Origin: a virus
Taxonomy: Duplodnaviria; Heunggongvirae; Uroviricota; Caudoviricetes
DNA length: 33,086 bases
Virus record (IMG/VR): IMGVR_UViG_2541047931_000005
Span: 1-33,086 of that record
Direction: 5' to 3' (one strand)
The notes below the pieces were generated by a model, which was given only the letters and a program-made list of their open reading frames with translations, did no database searches and was not told the origin of the DNA. Positions within the stretch are counted from its first letter, which is position 1. Every line of letters starts with the position of its first letter. Shown in pieces: positions 7,968-19,501 of the stretch. The position numbers and the translations under genes were made by a program.

Positions 7968-8326
7968 ACGAATATCAGTTTGTGCTTCCATACCCGCCGT
8001 CGGTGAACACCTACTGGCGAAGACGGGGAAGCCAATACTACATCAGCGATAAAGGAGAGAAATACCGAAAAGACGTTCAGCAAATCATCCGCCAACTCAA
8101 GTTAGACATTTTCACTAAATCACGACTCCGCATCAAAGTCATCGCAGACGTTCCAGACTCCCGCCGCCGCGACCTCGATAACATCCTGAAAGGTTTACTC
8201 GACTCCCTTATCCACGCCGGATTTGCGGAAGACGACGAGCAATTCGATGACATTCGCGTAATTCGTGGTGTGAAAGTACCAGGCGGAAGGCTTGGAATAA
8301 AAATCACCAAACTGGAGAACGTATGA
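7964..8326 (+). CDS. rusA: RusA Holliday-junction resolvase
   Basis: 120 aa; VLPYPPSVNTYWRRRG...RRRDLDNILKGLLDSLIHAGF...GGRL, the RusA family pattern. Confidence 0.9.
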   Translation: MNEYQFVLPYPPSVNTYWRRRGSQYYISDKGEKYRKDVQQIIRQLKLDIFTKSRLRIKVIADVPDSRRRDLDNILKGLLDSLIHAGFAEDDEQFDDIRVIRGVKVPGGRLGIKITKLENV

Positions 8327-8511
8327 ACGCCACAATTCAAACGATACCAGAGCTTCTTATCCAGACACGAGGCAATCAGACCGAAGTGGCGAGGATGCTT
8401 TCCTGCGCAAGAGGAACGGTGCTCAAGTACAACCGAGACAGCAAAGGCGAACGTCACGTAATAGTTAACGGCGTCCTGATGGTCAAACAGGGCAAGAGGG
8501 GAAGACGATGA
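8323..8511 (+). CDS. ninH: NinH-like protein
   Basis: 62 aa; IQTIPELLIQTRGNQTEVARMLSCARGTVLKY resembles lambda NinH. Confidence 0.75.
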   Translation: MNATIQTIPELLIQTRGNQTEVARMLSCARGTVLKYNRDSKGERHVIVNGVLMVKQGKRGRR

Positions 8512-9131
8512 GACTCGAAAGCGTAGCTAAATTTCATTCGCCAAAAAGCCCGATGATGAGCGACTCACCACGGGCCACGGCTTCTGACTCTCTTTCCGGT
8601 ACTGATGTGATGGCTGCTATGGGGATGGCGCAATCACAAGCCGGATTCGGAATGGCTGCATTCTGCGGTAAGCATGAACTCAGCCAGAACGACAAACAAA
8701 AGGCTATCAACTATCTGATGCAATTTGCACACAAGGTATCGGGGAAATACCGTGGTGTGGCAAAGCTTGAAGGAAATACTAAGGCAAAGGTACTGCAAGT
8801 GCTCGCAACATTCGCTTATGCGGATTATTGCCGTAGTGCCGCGACGCCGGGCGCAAGATGCAGAGATTGCCACGGTACAGGCCGTGCGGTTGATATAGCC
8901 AAAACAGAGCTGTGGGGGAGAGTTGTTGAGAAAGAATGCGGAAGATGCAAAGGTGTCGGCTATTCAAGAATGCCAGCAAGTGCAGCATATCGCGCTGTGA
9001 CGATGCTAATCCCAAACCTTACCCAACCCACCTGGTCACGCACTGTTAAGCCGCTGCATGACGCTCTGGTGGTGCAATGCCACAAGGAAGAGTCAATCGC
9101 AGACAATATTTTGAATGCGGTCACACGTTAG
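8508..9131 (+). CDS. Q: Late-gene antiterminator Q (lambda type)
   Basis: 207 aa, essentially colinear with lambda Q as remembered (MRLESVAKFHSPKSPMMSDSPRATASDS ... CRDCHGTGRAVD ... CGRCKGVGY). Confidence 0.95.
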   Translation: MRLESVAKFHSPKSPMMSDSPRATASDSLSGTDVMAAMGMAQSQAGFGMAAFCGKHELSQNDKQKAINYLMQFAHKVSGKYRGVAKLEGNTKAKVLQVLATFAYADYCRSAATPGARCRDCHGTGRAVDIAKTELWGRVVEKECGRCKGVGYSRMPASAAYRAVTMLIPNLTQPTWSRTVKPLHDALVVQCHKEESIADNILNAVTR

Positions 9132-9173
9132 CAGCATGATTGCCACGGATGGCAACATATTAACGGCATGATA

Positions 9174-9203
9174 TTGACTTTTTGAATAAAATTGGGTAAA
9201 TTT
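9174..9203 (+). promoter_or_regulatory. Late promoter pR' (-35 TTGACT, -10 TAAATT), qut region
   Basis: TTGACT at 9174-9179 and TAAATT at 9198-9203, directly downstream of Q, matching the lambda pR' arrangement. Confidence 0.6.
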
Positions 9204-9237
9204 GACTCAACGATGGATAAATGCACTCGTTAAATAA

Positions 9238-9267
9238 AGCCCTGAGTTAATAGCTCGGGGCTTTTTG
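9238..9267 (+). terminator. tR'-like intrinsic terminator
   Basis: AGCCCUGAG...CUCGGGGCU hairpin followed by UUUUU, about 55 nt downstream of the predicted pR' start. Confidence 0.6.
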
Positions 9268-9687
9268 CGTTACAATCACAAAGGGAAGAGCGTTAGGTGA
9301 ATCGGCGATACTGCCCCATAAGCCCGTTAATCGATAGAGGTAGACTAGCGCTCTTCCTTTTGTGCTGAATTAAGCGAATGCCGGAAGCAGAACCGGATCA
9401 CCAAATGCGAACAGGCGTCATCGCCGCCCAGCAACAGCACAACCCAAACTGAGCCGTAGCCACTGGCTATCCTGAATTCATCAGTGATAGTTATGCTGCG
9501 GCCTTCTACACATGACCTTCGTGAAAGCGGGTGGCAAGAGGTTGCGCTAACAACCTCCTGCCGTTTTGCCCGTGCATATCGGTCACGAACAAATCTGATT
9601 ACTAAACACAGTAGCCTGGATTTGTTCTATCAGTAATCGACCTTATTCCTAATTAAATAGAGCAAATCCCCTTATTGGGGGTAAGAC

Positions 9688-10011
9688 ATGAAGATGCCAG
9701 AAAAACATGACCTGTTAGCCGCGATTCTCGCGGCAAAGGAACAAGGCATCGGGGCAATCCTTGCGTTTGCAATGGCGTACCTTCGCGGCAGATATAATGG
9801 CGGTGCGTTTACAAAAACAGTAATCGACGCAACGATGTGCGCCATTATCGCCTGGTTCATTCGTGACCTTCTCGACTTCGCCGGACTAAGTAGCAATCTC
9901 GCTTATATAACGAGCGTGTTCATCGGCTACATCGGTACTGACTCGATTGGTTCGCTTATCAAACGCTTCGCGGCTAAAAAAGCCGGAGTAGAAGATGGTG
10001 GAAATCAATAA
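9688..10011 (+). CDS. S: Holin S (class I, dual-start MKM motif)
   Basis: 107 aa, lambda S-like ([34 protein letters not shown]...). Confidence 0.95.
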   Translation: MKMPEKHDLLAAILAAKEQGIGAILAFAMAYLRGRYNGGAFTKTVIDATMCAIIAWFIRDLLDFAGLSSNLAYITSVFIGYIGTDSIGSLIKRFAAKKAGVEDGGNQ

Positions 10012-10471
10012 TCAACGTAAGGCGTTCCTCGATATGCTGGCGTGGTCAGAGGGAACTGATAACGGACGTCAGAAAACCAGAAATCATGGTTATGACGTCA
10101 TTGTTGGCGGAGAGCTATTCACTGATTACTCCGATCACCCTCGCAAACTTGTCACGCTAAACCCCAAACTCAAATCAACAGCCGCCGGACGTTACCAGCT
10201 TCTTTCCCGTTGGTGGGATGCCTACCGTAAGCAGCTTGGCCTGAAAGATTTCTCTCCGAAAAGTCAGGACGCTGTGGCATTGCAGCAGATTAAAGAGCGT
10301 GGCGCTTTACCGATGATTGATCGCGGTGATATCCGTCAGGCAATCGACCGTTGCAGCAATATCTGGGCTTCGTTGCCGGGGGCTGGTTATGGCCAGTTCG
10401 AGCATAAGGCTGACAGCCTGATTGCAAAATTCAAAGAAGCTGGCGGAACAGTCAGAGAGATTGAGGTATGA
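9995..10471 (+). CDS. R: Endolysin R (lytic transglycosylase)
   Basis: 158 aa, lambda R-like ([39 protein letters not shown]...). Confidence 0.95.
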   Translation: MVEINNQRKAFLDMLAWSEGTDNGRQKTRNHGYDVIVGGELFTDYSDHPRKLVTLNPKLKSTAAGRYQLLSRWWDAYRKQLGLKDFSPKSQDAVALQQIKERGALPMIDRGDIRQAIDRCSNIWASLPGAGYGQFEHKADSLIAKFKEAGGTVREIEV

Positions 10472-10935
10472 GCAGAGTAACCGCGATTATCTCCGCTCTG
10501 GTTATCTGCATCATCGTCTGCCTGTCATGGGCTGTTAATCATTACCGTGATAACGCCATCGCCTACAAAGAACAGCGCGATAAAAAAGTCAGTGAGCTGA
10601 AGCAGGCGACCGCCACCATTACTGACATGCAGCAGCGCCAGCGTGATGCTGATGCACTTGATGCTAAATACACGAAGGAGTTAGCTGATGCGAAAGCTGA
10701 AAATGATGCTCTTCGGCGGAAGCTTGATAATGGTGGCAGGGTGCTCGTCAAAGGAAAATGCCCTGTGCCATCCTCAGCCGAAACCTCCAGCGCCTCCGGC
10801 ATGGGCAATGATGCCACCGTCGAACTCTCTCCAGTTGCTGGACGAAACGTTCTCGGTGTCCGGGACGGAATTATCCGCGACCAAACAGCACTGAGAACGC
10901 TTCAGGAATACATCAGGACGCAATGCCTTCGATGA
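10468..10935 (+). CDS. Rz: Spanin inner-membrane subunit Rz
   Basis: 155 aa with N-terminal TM segment and coiled-coil region; N-terminal half lambda Rz-like, C-terminal part divergent. Confidence 0.85.
   Translation: MSRVTAIISALVICIIVCLSWAVNHYRDNAIAYKEQRDKKVSELKQATATITDMQQRQRDADALDAKYTKELADAKAENDALRRKLDNGGRVLVKGKCPVPSSAETSSASGMGNDATVELSPVAGRNVLGVRDGIIRDQTALRTLQEYIRTQCLR
10688..10894 (+). CDS. Rz1: Spanin outer-membrane lipoprotein Rz1, embedded in Rz in the +1 frame
   Basis: [21 protein letters not shown]... with lipobox VAGC and a proline-rich segment, wholly inside Rz. Confidence 0.7.
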   Translation: MRKLKMMLFGGSLIMVAGCSSKENALCHPQPKPPAPPAWAMMPPSNSLQLLDETFSVSGTELSATKQH

Positions 10936-11109
10936 TAGCGATAATTTTACTCATCATCCTTCACATCTGGCTCTGTAGACAGGGTGGTGATCACTTCTGG
11001 AGTGAATCCAGATTAAACATCTCATTGCTGATGCTTGAAGTTGAGCATCTGGCGCGCAGTAAGGGGCTGCGTTGAGATAAGAGCCAGTTCATTACAAACA
11101 CCAGGATTT

Positions 11110-11136
11110 AGCCTCGCATTCGCGGGGCTTTTTTAT
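11110..11136 (+). terminator. Hairpin terminator downstream of the lysis cassette
   Basis: AGCCUCGC-AUUC-GCGGGGCU hairpin followed by UUUUUUAU. Confidence 0.5.
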
Positions 11137-11281
11137 ATCTGCAACAAACGCGCTTCACACGCGCGACTTCTGAACACAGAACCTTTCAGGATGACCCTTG
11201 AGGATGCCGGTTTGGTGATCGGTGCCTTTCTGTGGGCCGGAATCCTGTGTGACAAGGTTCATCACTAAAAGGTAACCACTG

Positions 11282-11812
11282 ATGAAGTACCCAACAGTTA
11301 TTGTCAATGGTGTGTCCGTTCGTGTTGATGAGGATGGACGCTACAACTTAAACGATCTCCATGCAGCAGCAGTTGCAAATGGAGAGGCTACAGAGCAACA
11401 GCGCCCAAGCCAGTTTTTGCGTAGCGCGCAGATAAAACGCTTCATAAAAGCACTGGAGGCCAAAGTGCAAAAAAGCACTTTGGAACAAATTCAACCACTT
11501 AAAATAATCAAAGGTGGTGCGGAACCAGGTGTGTGGGGTGTTGAACTTCTGGCAATCAGATATGCAGCATGGATTAAGCCGGAATTTGAAATCGAAGTTT
11601 ATGAAGTTTTCAAAACGGTTGTCCGTCTCGGCGTTGGCGCAATGTCCCGTCTGAATAGAATCGATCACATCATCAATACTGAAACCAAAGCGATAAGCCA
11701 GTGCGCAAGCCAAATGGCTAAGTGGGGCGTTGGTGGGCGAAAAAGATTGCTTCATGTTGCACGTGAGAGAGCGGCAAATGAAGTGCAAATGTATTTGCCC
11801 GGAATGGTGTGA
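11282..11812 (+). CDS. KilA-N domain protein
   Basis: 176 aa; N-terminus VIVNGVSVRVDEDGRYNLNDLHAAA typical of KilA-N/APSES-type domains. Confidence 0.7.
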   Translation: MKYPTVIVNGVSVRVDEDGRYNLNDLHAAAVANGEATEQQRPSQFLRSAQIKRFIKALEAKVQKSTLEQIQPLKIIKGGAEPGVWGVELLAIRYAAWIKPEFEIEVYEVFKTVVRLGVGAMSRLNRIDHIINTETKAISQCASQMAKWGVGGRKRLLHVARERAANEVQMYLPGMV

Positions 11813-12068
11813 TTTCGCAGGTTAATCCAGTTTGTACATTACGGCAGTACCACGAAGCGACCCAAGCCAGTAAGTGGGGAAATAACACTGGCAGCCACTG
11901 AAAGATGAACCTCCTGCCTTATGGCAAAAAAGATTCTTTGTGGTGGCGGACTGATGGAAAGACATCGGTTATTGCAGAGACCATTCAATGAGTGGTCTCG
12001 ACAATGGCTTATACCCTACACGGGATAACTTAACTGATATCCCTTTTAACGGATAAACGGAGCCAACA

Positions 12069-12311
12069 ATGGCAGAGATTATTCCCATGACTGAAGAACA
12101 GAAATTCCAGCTAGAGATTTACAAACTGGTCATGAACCAGAACGCAGCCGCAGAAGAAGCATTTCAGTTCATTGGCACTGACGAGCTGAAGCTTGAGCTA
12201 TTCAAAATTCACTTCCAGTCAGGCGGCGCTAATTCAGATATCACGACCCGCACAATCGAAGCGGTGCGTAAATCGAAGGAAGCGTTAGACCTGTTCACCA
12301 CCGGAGCATAA
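12069..12311 (+). CDS. Hypothetical protein (80 aa) upstream of terminase genes
   Basis: ORF with GGAG RBS, at the position where P22-like phages carry small ORFs before gene 3. Confidence 0.5.
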   Translation: MAEIIPMTEEQKFQLEIYKLVMNQNAAAEEAFQFIGTDELKLELFKIHFQSGGANSDITTRTIEAVRKSKEALDLFTTGA

Positions 12312-12390
12312 ACATGGCAACTCAAGGTTTCGACAACCCATCCAAATTCCGCGATGAATGGGATAAGCAAGCAGAAGGGAAATAATCAAT

Positions 12391-12879
12391 ATGGCAGCAC
12401 CAAAGGGCAACCGATTTTGGGAGGCCCGCAGTAGTCATGGGCGAAATCCTAAATTCGAATCGCCTGAGGCGCTGTGGGCTGCTTGTTGTGAATACTTCGA
12501 GTGGGCTGATGATAACCCGCTATGGGAGGGTAAGGTATTTTCATATCAGGGAGAAATAATTAAGGCTAATGTCCCTAAGATGCGAGCCATGACTATTTCA
12601 GGATTGTGTACCTTCCTTGATATCACCAGGCAAACATGGGGAACCTTCCGGTCAATGGAAGGTTTTTCTGACGTCACATCACGAGCGGAAGACATCATCT
12701 ACGACCAGAAATTCTCTGGCGCAGCCGCTGACCTTCTCAACGCTAACATCATCGCCCGTGATTTGGGCCTCAAAGAGCAGTCGCAAGTTGAAGACGTGAC
12801 ACCTGATAAGGGAGATCGCGATAAGCGGCGCTCTCGTATCAAGGAGCTATTCAACCGTGGAACTGGACGCGATTCTTGA
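12391..12879 (+). CDS. Terminase small subunit (P22 gp3-like)
   Basis: 162 aa; [38 protein letters not shown] motif; size and position match P22 gene 3. Confidence 0.85.
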   Translation: MAAPKGNRFWEARSSHGRNPKFESPEALWAACCEYFEWADDNPLWEGKVFSYQGEIIKANVPKMRAMTISGLCTFLDITRQTWGTFRSMEGFSDVTSRAEDIIYDQKFSGAAADLLNANIIARDLGLKEQSQVEDVTPDKGDRDKRRSRIKELFNRGTGRDS

Positions 12880-14356
12880 TAACTTGAGCGACGAAGAGCA
12901 AATCGAATTGCTCGAGCTACTCGAAGAAGAAGAGAACTACCGGAACACACACCTGCTATATGAATTTACGCCATACAGCAAACAGCGTGAGTTCATCGAC
13001 GCCGGGCATGACTATCCAGAGCGCTGTTTTATGGCTGGTAACCAGCTTGGTAAGTCATTTACTGGTGCTGCTGAAGTCGCGTTTCACCTTACCGGGCGTT
13101 ATCCGGGCACAAAAGGCTATCCTGCTGATGGTAAATATGGCGGTGAGTGGAAAGGTAAGCGTTTCTATGAGCCTGTTGTCTTCTGGATTGGCGGCGAGAC
13201 AAACGAGACGGTAACCAAAACGACTCAACGCATCCTGTGCGGTCGTATTGAAGAGAATGATGAGCCGGGCTACGGTTCAATACCGAAAGAGGACATCATT
13301 AGCTGGAAGAAGTCTCCTTTCTTTCCGAACCTTGTTGATCATCTTCTGGTTAAGCATCACACGGCTGATGGCGTTGAAGATGGCATTTCAATCTGCTACT
13401 TCAAACCATACTCGCAAGGCCGCGCTCGCTGGCAGGGTGACACAATCCATGGCGTGTGGTTTGACGAAGAGCCGCCATACAGCATTTATGGCGAAGGGCT
13501 TACCCGTACCAACAAATACGGGCAATTCTCAATTCTGACGTTTACCCCGCTGATGGGGATGTCTGACGTTGTTACCAAGTTCCTGAAGAATCCCAGCAAG
13601 TCGCAGAAAGTGGTCAACATGACCATCTATGACGCTGAGCACTACACCGACGAGCAGAAAGAGCAAATCATCGCATCCTATCCTGAGCATGAGAGAGAGG
13701 CGCGTGCTCGCGGTATTCCTACGATGGGTAGTGGTCGAATCTTCCAGATACCGGAAGAGACGATTAAGTGTCAGCCGTTCGAGTGTCCTGATCACTTCTA
13801 CGTAATTGGCGGGATGGATTTCGGATGGGATCACCCACAGGCGCAGGTTCAGCTTTGGTGGGATAAGGACGCAGACATAATCTACCTTTCACGCGTTTGG
13901 AAGGCGAAAGAAAAGACAGCCGTTCAGGCGTGGGGAGCTGTTAAACCATGGGCGCATAAAGTGCCAACCGCATGGCCTCATGACGGAAACCAGCACGAGA
14001 AGGGCGGCGGTGAGCAGCTCAAAGGGCAGTATGCGGACGCTGGATTTATGATGTTGCAGGAGCATGCGACATGGCCTGATGGCGGTAACGCTGTTGAGCC
14101 TGGCATCACTGAATTGCGAGACATGATGCTCGACGGTCGCTTCAAAGTATTCAACACCTGTGAGCCATTCTTTGAGGAGTTCCGCCTCTATCACCGTGAT
14201 GAAAACGGGAAAATCGTCAAGCTTAACGATGACGTTCTCTCCGCCGTTCGCTATGCATACATGATGCGCCGCTTCGCAAAAATGATGCGCGACATCAAAA
14301 AACCAAAAGAGAAAAAGATACCAGCCCCAATCAGGCCAATCGCACGGAGAACTTAA
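12857..14356 (+). CDS. Terminase large subunit (P22 gp2-like)
   Basis: 499 aa, same length as P22 gp2; Walker A-like GNQLGKSF; overlaps the terS 3' end. Confidence 0.95.
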   Translation: MELDAILDNLSDEEQIELLELLEEEENYRNTHLLYEFTPYSKQREFIDAGHDYPERCFMAGNQLGKSFTGAAEVAFHLTGRYPGTKGYPADGKYGGEWKGKRFYEPVVFWIGGETNETVTKTTQRILCGRIEENDEPGYGSIPKEDIISWKKSPFFPNLVDHLLVKHHTADGVEDGISICYFKPYSQGRARWQGDTIHGVWFDEEPPYSIYGEGLTRTNKYGQFSILTFTPLMGMSDVVTKFLKNPSKSQKVVNMTIYDAEHYTDEQKEQIIASYPEHEREARARGIPTMGSGRIFQIPEETIKCQPFECPDHFYVIGGMDFGWDHPQAQVQLWWDKDADIIYLSRVWKAKEKTAVQAWGAVKPWAHKVPTAWPHDGNQHEKGGGEQLKGQYADAGFMMLQEHATWPDGGNAVEPGITELRDMMLDGRFKVFNTCEPFFEEFRLYHRDENGKIVKLNDDVLSAVRYAYMMRRFAKMMRDIKKPKEKKIPAPIRPIARRT

Positions 14357-16522
14357 ATGGCCGACGAAAACAGACTCAATTCCATTCTGTGTAAGTTTGA
14401 CGCGGACTGGATGGCGAGCGATGAAGCCAGAACCGAGGCGACAAATGACCTGTATTTTAGCCGAGTGTCGCAATGGGATGACTGGCTATCAAACTACACC
14501 ACCCTGCAATATCGCGGACAATTCGATGTTGTTCGCCCGGTGGTCAGGAAACTGGTCGCAGAGATGCGCCGTAACCCTATCGATGTTCTCTTCAGACCAA
14601 AAGACGGAGCTAATCCTGATGCTGCCGATGTGCTGATGGGGATGTATCGTACTGATATGCGCCATAACACGGCAAAAATTGCCGTTAACGTTGGCGTTCG
14701 TGAGCAGATAGAGTCCGGCGTTGGTGCATGGCGTCTGGTCACGCAGTACGAAGACAACGACCCAACAAGCAACAATCAGGTAATCCGACGCCTTCCAATC
14801 CATGAAGCCTGCTCACACGTCATATGGGACGCCAACAGCAAGCAGATGGATAAGAGCGACGCTAAGCACTGCACGGTGATTAACGCTTTGTCACGCAATG
14901 GCTGGAAAGAGTTCGCAGAGGATTACGGTATTGATCCTGACACCCTGCCATCTTTCCAGAATCCGAACGATACATGGCTGTTTCCGTGGGTATCGAATGA
15001 TGTCGTCTACGTCGCTGAGTATTACGAGGTAGAAGAGAAGAAGGAGAAAGTCTTCATCTACCGCGACCCGCTGACAGGTGAGCCGGTCAGCTATTACCAG
15101 CAGGATATCAAAGACGTCATCGACGACCTGGCTAATCGTGGATTCATTAAGGTAGCAGAGCGTAAGGTCAAGCGTCGGCGTGTGTATAAGTCGATCATCA
15201 CCTGCACGCAGATACTGAAGGACCGAGAGAAGATAGCCGGAGAGCATATCCCAATCGTTCCTGTGTACGGCGAATGGTCATTCGCTGGTGACAAGGAGTG
15301 CTACGAAGGAGTGGTAAGGCTGACGAAAGACGGTCAGCGCCTTCGTAACATGATCATGTCATTCAACGCCGATATTGTTGCTCGTTCACCGAAGAAGAAA
15401 CCTACCTTCTTCCCTGAGCAAATAGAAGGCTACGAATACATGTACGGTGGAAATGATGACTATCCGTACTATCTCCAGAACAGGACTGATGAAAACGGTA
15501 ACGACCTGCCGATTGGTCCAATCTCCTACATGGAAAACCCTGAAGTGCCGCAAGCCAACGCTTACATGCTTGAGGCTGCCACCAACGCAGTGAAAGAAGT
15601 GGCTAGTCTTGGCGTGGATGCGCAGGCGGCAAATGGTCAGGTCGCTTTCGATACCGTCAATCAACTTAACATGCGGGCAGACCTTGAGACATACGTGTTT
15701 CAGGATAACCTGGCTACCGCAATGCGACGTGATGGCGAGATTTATGCCTCAATGGTCAACGATATTTATGACGTTCCTCGTCATGTAACGCTGACACTTG
15801 AAGATGGAAGCGAGAAAGACATTCAACTCTATGCGCAAGTTGTCGATTACCAGTCCGGCAATGTGGTCACACTCAACGACATTCGCGGTCGCTATGAGTG
15901 CTATACAGACGTAGGACCATCCTTCCAGAGTATGAAGGAACAGAACCGCGCAGAGATTCAGGAGTTGCTCACCAAGGTTCCGCAAGGTACTCCAGAGTTC
16001 CAGATGCTGATGCTGCAATACTTCACGCTGCTTGACGGTAAAGGCGTCGAGATGATGCGAGAGTACGCGAACAAGCAACTGGTGATGATGGGGCTGAAGA
16101 AGCCAGAAACACCTGAAGAGATGGAGATGGTACAGCAGGCTCAACAGCAGCCGCAGCAGCCATCAGCAGAGCAAATTCAGGCGCAGGGTATCCTTCTGCA
16201 AGGTCAGGCTGAATTGCTCAAGGCAGAGAACCAACAGGCGCAGATTCAGGTTGAAGCCGCCAAGGTTGAAGCCCAAAACCAACTCAACGCCGCGAAGATT
16301 GCAGAAATCTTCAACAATATGGACCTCGACAAGCAGGCAGAACTGCGTGAGTACCTCAAGCTCGTAGGTCAATTCCAGCAACAGCGCAGCAAAGATGCTC
16401 GTGCTAACGCTGAGCTGCTTCTTAAAGATGCAGACCAGACTCATTCACAACGCATGGATTTCGCGAATCTTATGCGTCAAGTTCAAATCCCCTCCGGCGG
16501 AGTAGCCGAGACACCTCAATAA
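14357..16522 (+). CDS. Portal protein (P22 gp1-like)
   Basis: 721 aa with a Q-rich coiled-coil C-terminal barrel region, immediately after terL. Confidence 0.95.
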   Translation: MADENRLNSILCKFDADWMASDEARTEATNDLYFSRVSQWDDWLSNYTTLQYRGQFDVVRPVVRKLVAEMRRNPIDVLFRPKDGANPDAADVLMGMYRTDMRHNTAKIAVNVGVREQIESGVGAWRLVTQYEDNDPTSNNQVIRRLPIHEACSHVIWDANSKQMDKSDAKHCTVINALSRNGWKEFAEDYGIDPDTLPSFQNPNDTWLFPWVSNDVVYVAEYYEVEEKKEKVFIYRDPLTGEPVSYYQQDIKDVIDDLANRGFIKVAERKVKRRRVYKSIITCTQILKDREKIAGEHIPIVPVYGEWSFAGDKECYEGVVRLTKDGQRLRNMIMSFNADIVARSPKKKPTFFPEQIEGYEYMYGGNDDYPYYLQNRTDENGNDLPIGPISYMENPEVPQANAYMLEAATNAVKEVASLGVDAQAANGQVAFDTVNQLNMRADLETYVFQDNLATAMRRDGEIYASMVNDIYDVPRHVTLTLEDGSEKDIQLYAQVVDYQSGNVVTLNDIRGRYECYTDVGPSFQSMKEQNRAEIQELLTKVPQGTPEFQMLMLQYFTLLDGKGVEMMREYANKQLVMMGLKKPETPEEMEMVQQAQQQPQQPSAEQIQAQGILLQGQAELLKAENQQAQIQVEAAKVEAQNQLNAAKIAEIFNNMDLDKQAELREYLKLVGQFQQQRSKDARANAELLLKDADQTHSQRMDFANLMRQVQIPSGGVAETPQ

Positions 16523-16535
16523 GAGAGAGTTAATC

Positions 16536-17447
16536 ATGGACCAAACCACCGACATTCAGGCTTCTGAAGAATTAACCCTGCCCGGCAATCATGCAGCGGC
16601 ATCTGCTGATGGCTTAGTTGTCGATAATGCCAACGACAACGCAGGTCAGGAAGAAGGCTTCGAGATTGTCCTGAAAGACGATGAGAAACCAAAACAAGAC
16701 CCGGCAACTAATGCTGAATTTGCCCGTCGCCGCATCGAACGCAAACGCCAGCGTGAGCTTGAGCAACAGATGGAAGCGGTTAAGCGGGGAGAGTTGCCGG
16801 AGCACCTGCGGGTGAACCCTGAGTTACCAAAACAACCAGACCCTAACGATTATCTTTCCGAAGACGCACTGGCTAAGTACGACTATGACCAGAGCCGCGC
16901 ACTGGCTGCCTTCCAGCAGGCAAACAGTGAATGGCAGATCAAGGCTATGGACGCACGAAGCCAGGCTGTCGCCGAGCAGGGTCGCAAAACTCAGGAGTTC
17001 ACCCAGCAATCAGCGCAATACGTCGAGGCAGCCCGTAAGCACTACGACGCAGCGGAAAAGCTCAATATCCCTGACTATCAGGAGAAAGAGGATGTATTCA
17101 TGCAACTGGTGCCGCCAGCAGTCGGTGCCGACATCATGCGCCTCTTCCCGGAGAAATCCGCCGCTCTCATGTATCACCTTGGTGCTAATCCTGAGAAAAC
17201 ACGCCAGTTGCTGGCGATGGACGGGAAATCCGCGCTGATTGAACTCACTCTACTGTCAGAACGTTTAACTCTCAAGCCTCGAGCCAAACCTGTTTCAGAA
17301 GCCCCGCTACCTGATGAACCCATTCAGGGACACGCTGTTGCTGCAAATATATCTGCGATTGAAAAGCAGATGGAAGCGGCAGCAAACAAAGGGGATGTAG
17401 AGACATACCGCAAGCTTAAGGCGCAACTGAATAAAGGAATTCGATAA
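16536..17447 (+). CDS. Scaffolding protein (P22 gp8-like)
   Basis: 303 aa, acidic and helical, between portal and coat as in P22. Confidence 0.9.
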   Translation: MDQTTDIQASEELTLPGNHAAASADGLVVDNANDNAGQEEGFEIVLKDDEKPKQDPATNAEFARRRIERKRQRELEQQMEAVKRGELPEHLRVNPELPKQPDPNDYLSEDALAKYDYDQSRALAAFQQANSEWQIKAMDARSQAVAEQGRKTQEFTQQSAQYVEAARKHYDAAEKLNIPDYQEKEDVFMQLVPPAVGADIMRLFPEKSAALMYHLGANPEKTRQLLAMDGKSALIELTLLSERLTLKPRAKPVSEAPLPDEPIQGHAVAANISAIEKQMEAAANKGDVETYRKLKAQLNKGIR

Positions 17448-18742
17448 TGGCATTAAATGAAGGTCAACTAGTCACGTATGCTCTGGATGAAATCATCGAA
17501 ACCGTCCAGAACCTGACGCCAATGGCGTCCAAAGTGACAAAATACACCCCTCCGGCAGAATCCATGCAGCGTTCAAGCAACACCGTGTGGATGCCTGTTG
17601 AGCAGGAAGCGCCAACCCAGACTGGCTGGGATTTAACTGGCAACGCAACCGGGATTCTGGAACTCTCCGTGAAGTGCAACATGGGCGATCCGGATAACGA
17701 TTTCTTCGAGCTTCGTGCAGATGACCTGCGTGATGAGCGTTCTTACCGTCGCCGCATCCAGGCATCCGCCAAAAAACTGGCGAATAACATTGAGTCAGCG
17801 ATTGCCAAACAGGCAACTGAAATGGGCTCGCTTGTTGTTCACGATACCCGCGCAATTGGTCCATCTACTGGCCTGTCTGGCTGGGATTTTGTGTCTGATG
17901 CAGAGCGCCTGATGTTCTCCCGTGAGCTAAACCGCGATATGGGCATCAGTTACTTCCTGAACCCTGACGATTACCGTAAAGCAGGCCGCAACCTGGTAGA
18001 TGGTGACATCTTCGGGCGCGTTCCTGAAGAAGCGTATCGCAACGGTACTATTCAGCGTCAGATTGCTGGCTTTGATGAAATTCTTCGCTCACCGAAACTT
18101 CCGGCAGTTACCAAGTCAACCGCTACTGGTGTAACTGTGTCTGGTGCGCAGAAGTTTAAGCCGCAGGCATACACCCTTGATACCGATGGTAACAAAGAGA
18201 ACGTCGACAACCGTGTTGCAACGGTGACCGTATCCTCCACCACCGGATTTAAGCGCGGCGACAAAATCAGCTTCACTGGTGTGAAATTCCTGTCTCAGAT
18301 GGCGAAGAACGTGCTGACTGATGATGCAACTTTCTCAATCACCCGTGTGATCGATAGTACTCACATCGAAATCACGCCGAAACCGATTGCACTGGATGAC
18401 GCGTCACTGACAAAAGAAGAGAAGGCTTACGCTAACGTAAACACTTCTCTTGCTGATACCACTCCGGTAAACGTTCTGAACGTGGCAACAACCACCGCTA
18501 ACGTGTTCTGGGCTGATGACTCAATCCGCCTACTGTCTCAGCCGATCCCGGTAACCCATGAACTGTTTGCTGGCATGAAAACTTCTTCCTTCAGCATTCC
18601 TGGCATTGGTGTTAACGGCATCTTCGCAACGCAGGGTGATATCAACACTCTGTCTGGTAAGTGCCGTATTGCTGTGTGGTATTCAGCATGTGCTGTACGA
18701 CCAGAGGCAATTGGCGTTGGTCTGCCTAACCAGACTGCGTGA
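17447..18742 (+). CDS. Major coat protein (P22 gp5-like)
   Basis: 431 aa at the canonical position, followed by a strong terminator hairpin. Confidence 0.95.
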   Translation: MALNEGQLVTYALDEIIETVQNLTPMASKVTKYTPPAESMQRSSNTVWMPVEQEAPTQTGWDLTGNATGILELSVKCNMGDPDNDFFELRADDLRDERSYRRRIQASAKKLANNIESAIAKQATEMGSLVVHDTRAIGPSTGLSGWDFVSDAERLMFSRELNRDMGISYFLNPDDYRKAGRNLVDGDIFGRVPEEAYRNGTIQRQIAGFDEILRSPKLPAVTKSTATGVTVSGAQKFKPQAYTLDTDGNKENVDNRVATVTVSSTTGFKRGDKISFTGVKFLSQMAKNVLTDDATFSITRVIDSTHIEITPKPIALDDASLTKEEKAYANVNTSLADTTPVNVLNVATTTANVFWADDSIRLLSQPIPVTHELFAGMKTSSFSIPGIGVNGIFATQGDINTLSGKCRIAVWYSACAVRPEAIGVGLPNQTA

Positions 18743-18750
18743 TAACCAGA

Positions 18751-18772
18751 GGGAGCTTCGGCTCCCTTTTTT
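18751..18772 (+). terminator. Intrinsic terminator after the coat gene
   Basis: GGGAGC-TTCG-GCTCCC hairpin followed by TTTTTT. Confidence 0.6.
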
Positions 18773-18786
18773 ATCTGGAGACAAAC

Positions 18787-19023
18787 ATGACACACATGAT
18801 CTTTCGTCATGGCGACATGAAGAAGTGGAAAGGCGTTGGCTACGACTTTGAAATCGTGAAAGCCGAAGAGATTCAGGAATATCTGGATGCTGGTTGGTTT
18901 GCACATCCCGATGACCTTCTTAAGGACGTTGCAGAGCCAGAGCCAGAGCCAGAAGAAAAACAGCGTAAAAAGCCTGGTCGAAAACCTAAGGCGGCAGCAG
19001 ATGAACCTGACAACGAAGGGTGA
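18787..19023 (+). CDS. Small hypothetical protein (78 aa) with EPEPEPEE low-complexity segment
   Basis: ATG at 18787 with GGAGA RBS; its 3' end overlaps the gp4 start. Confidence 0.4.
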   Translation: MTHMIFRHGDMKKWKGVGYDFEIVKAEEIQEYLDAGWFAHPDDLLKDVAEPEPEPEEKQRKKPGRKPKAAADEPDNEG

Positions 19024-19501
19024 TTTAGTTCTTGCGGCATTACGTAAGCTCGGTGTGGCATCAAATGCCACGTTAACCGATGTCGAACCTCAGTCCATGG
19101 AAGATGGCGTCAACGACCTTGAAATGATGATGGCTGAATGGCTTGGCGGTGATGTGTCACCTGGTATCAACGTTGGCTACATTTTTGCTGATGCAGATGT
19201 CGCTCCAGATCCGGGAGATGAGCACGGATTATCAAATAACGCTATAAATGCCGTCATTTTCAACCTTGCCTGCCGCATTGCTCCAGATTATGCGCTGGAA
19301 GCGTCTGCAAAACTTATAACCACTGCCAGATACGGGAAAGAGCGACTCGTCAAACTGTCTGCAATGGACAGAGCAAAAGCCGCTAAATGTAAGTCCGGTT
19401 ATCCAAACCGTATGCCTGTTGGTAGTGGTAACCAGTTGGCGAAGTGGAACGGTTGGAATTACTTCCACCGAAAGGAACCTTGCGATAACGGGAGCGAATA
19501 A
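19001..19501 (+). CDS. Head-completion / tail-accessory protein (P22 gp4-like)
   Basis: 166 aa from the internal ATG at 19001 ([32 protein letters not shown]...), matching P22 gp4 size and N-terminus. Confidence 0.85.
   Translation: MNLTTKGDLVLAALRKLGVASNATLTDVEPQSMEDGVNDLEMMMAEWLGGDVSPGINVGYIFADADVAPDPGDEHGLSNNAINAVIFNLACRIAPDYALEASAKLITTARYGKERLVKLSAMDRAKAAKCKSGYPNRMPVGSGNQLAKWNGWNYFHRKEPCDNGSE

Noticed and set aside
11035-11268. 77-aa plus-strand ORF between Rz and the KilA-N gene
   Set aside because: It spans an intrinsic terminator hairpin (11110-11136) and lacks a credible RBS; at most a short C-terminal peptide could be real.
12391-12879. Possible pac site within the terminase small subunit gene
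   Set aside because: P22-like phages carry pac in gene 3, but I could not identify a convincing match to a known pac sequence by eye; needs alignment.
13889-15294. Several minus-strand ORFs overlapping terminase and portal genes
   Set aside because: Antisense to long structural genes in a uniformly plus-strand operon; no start signals.
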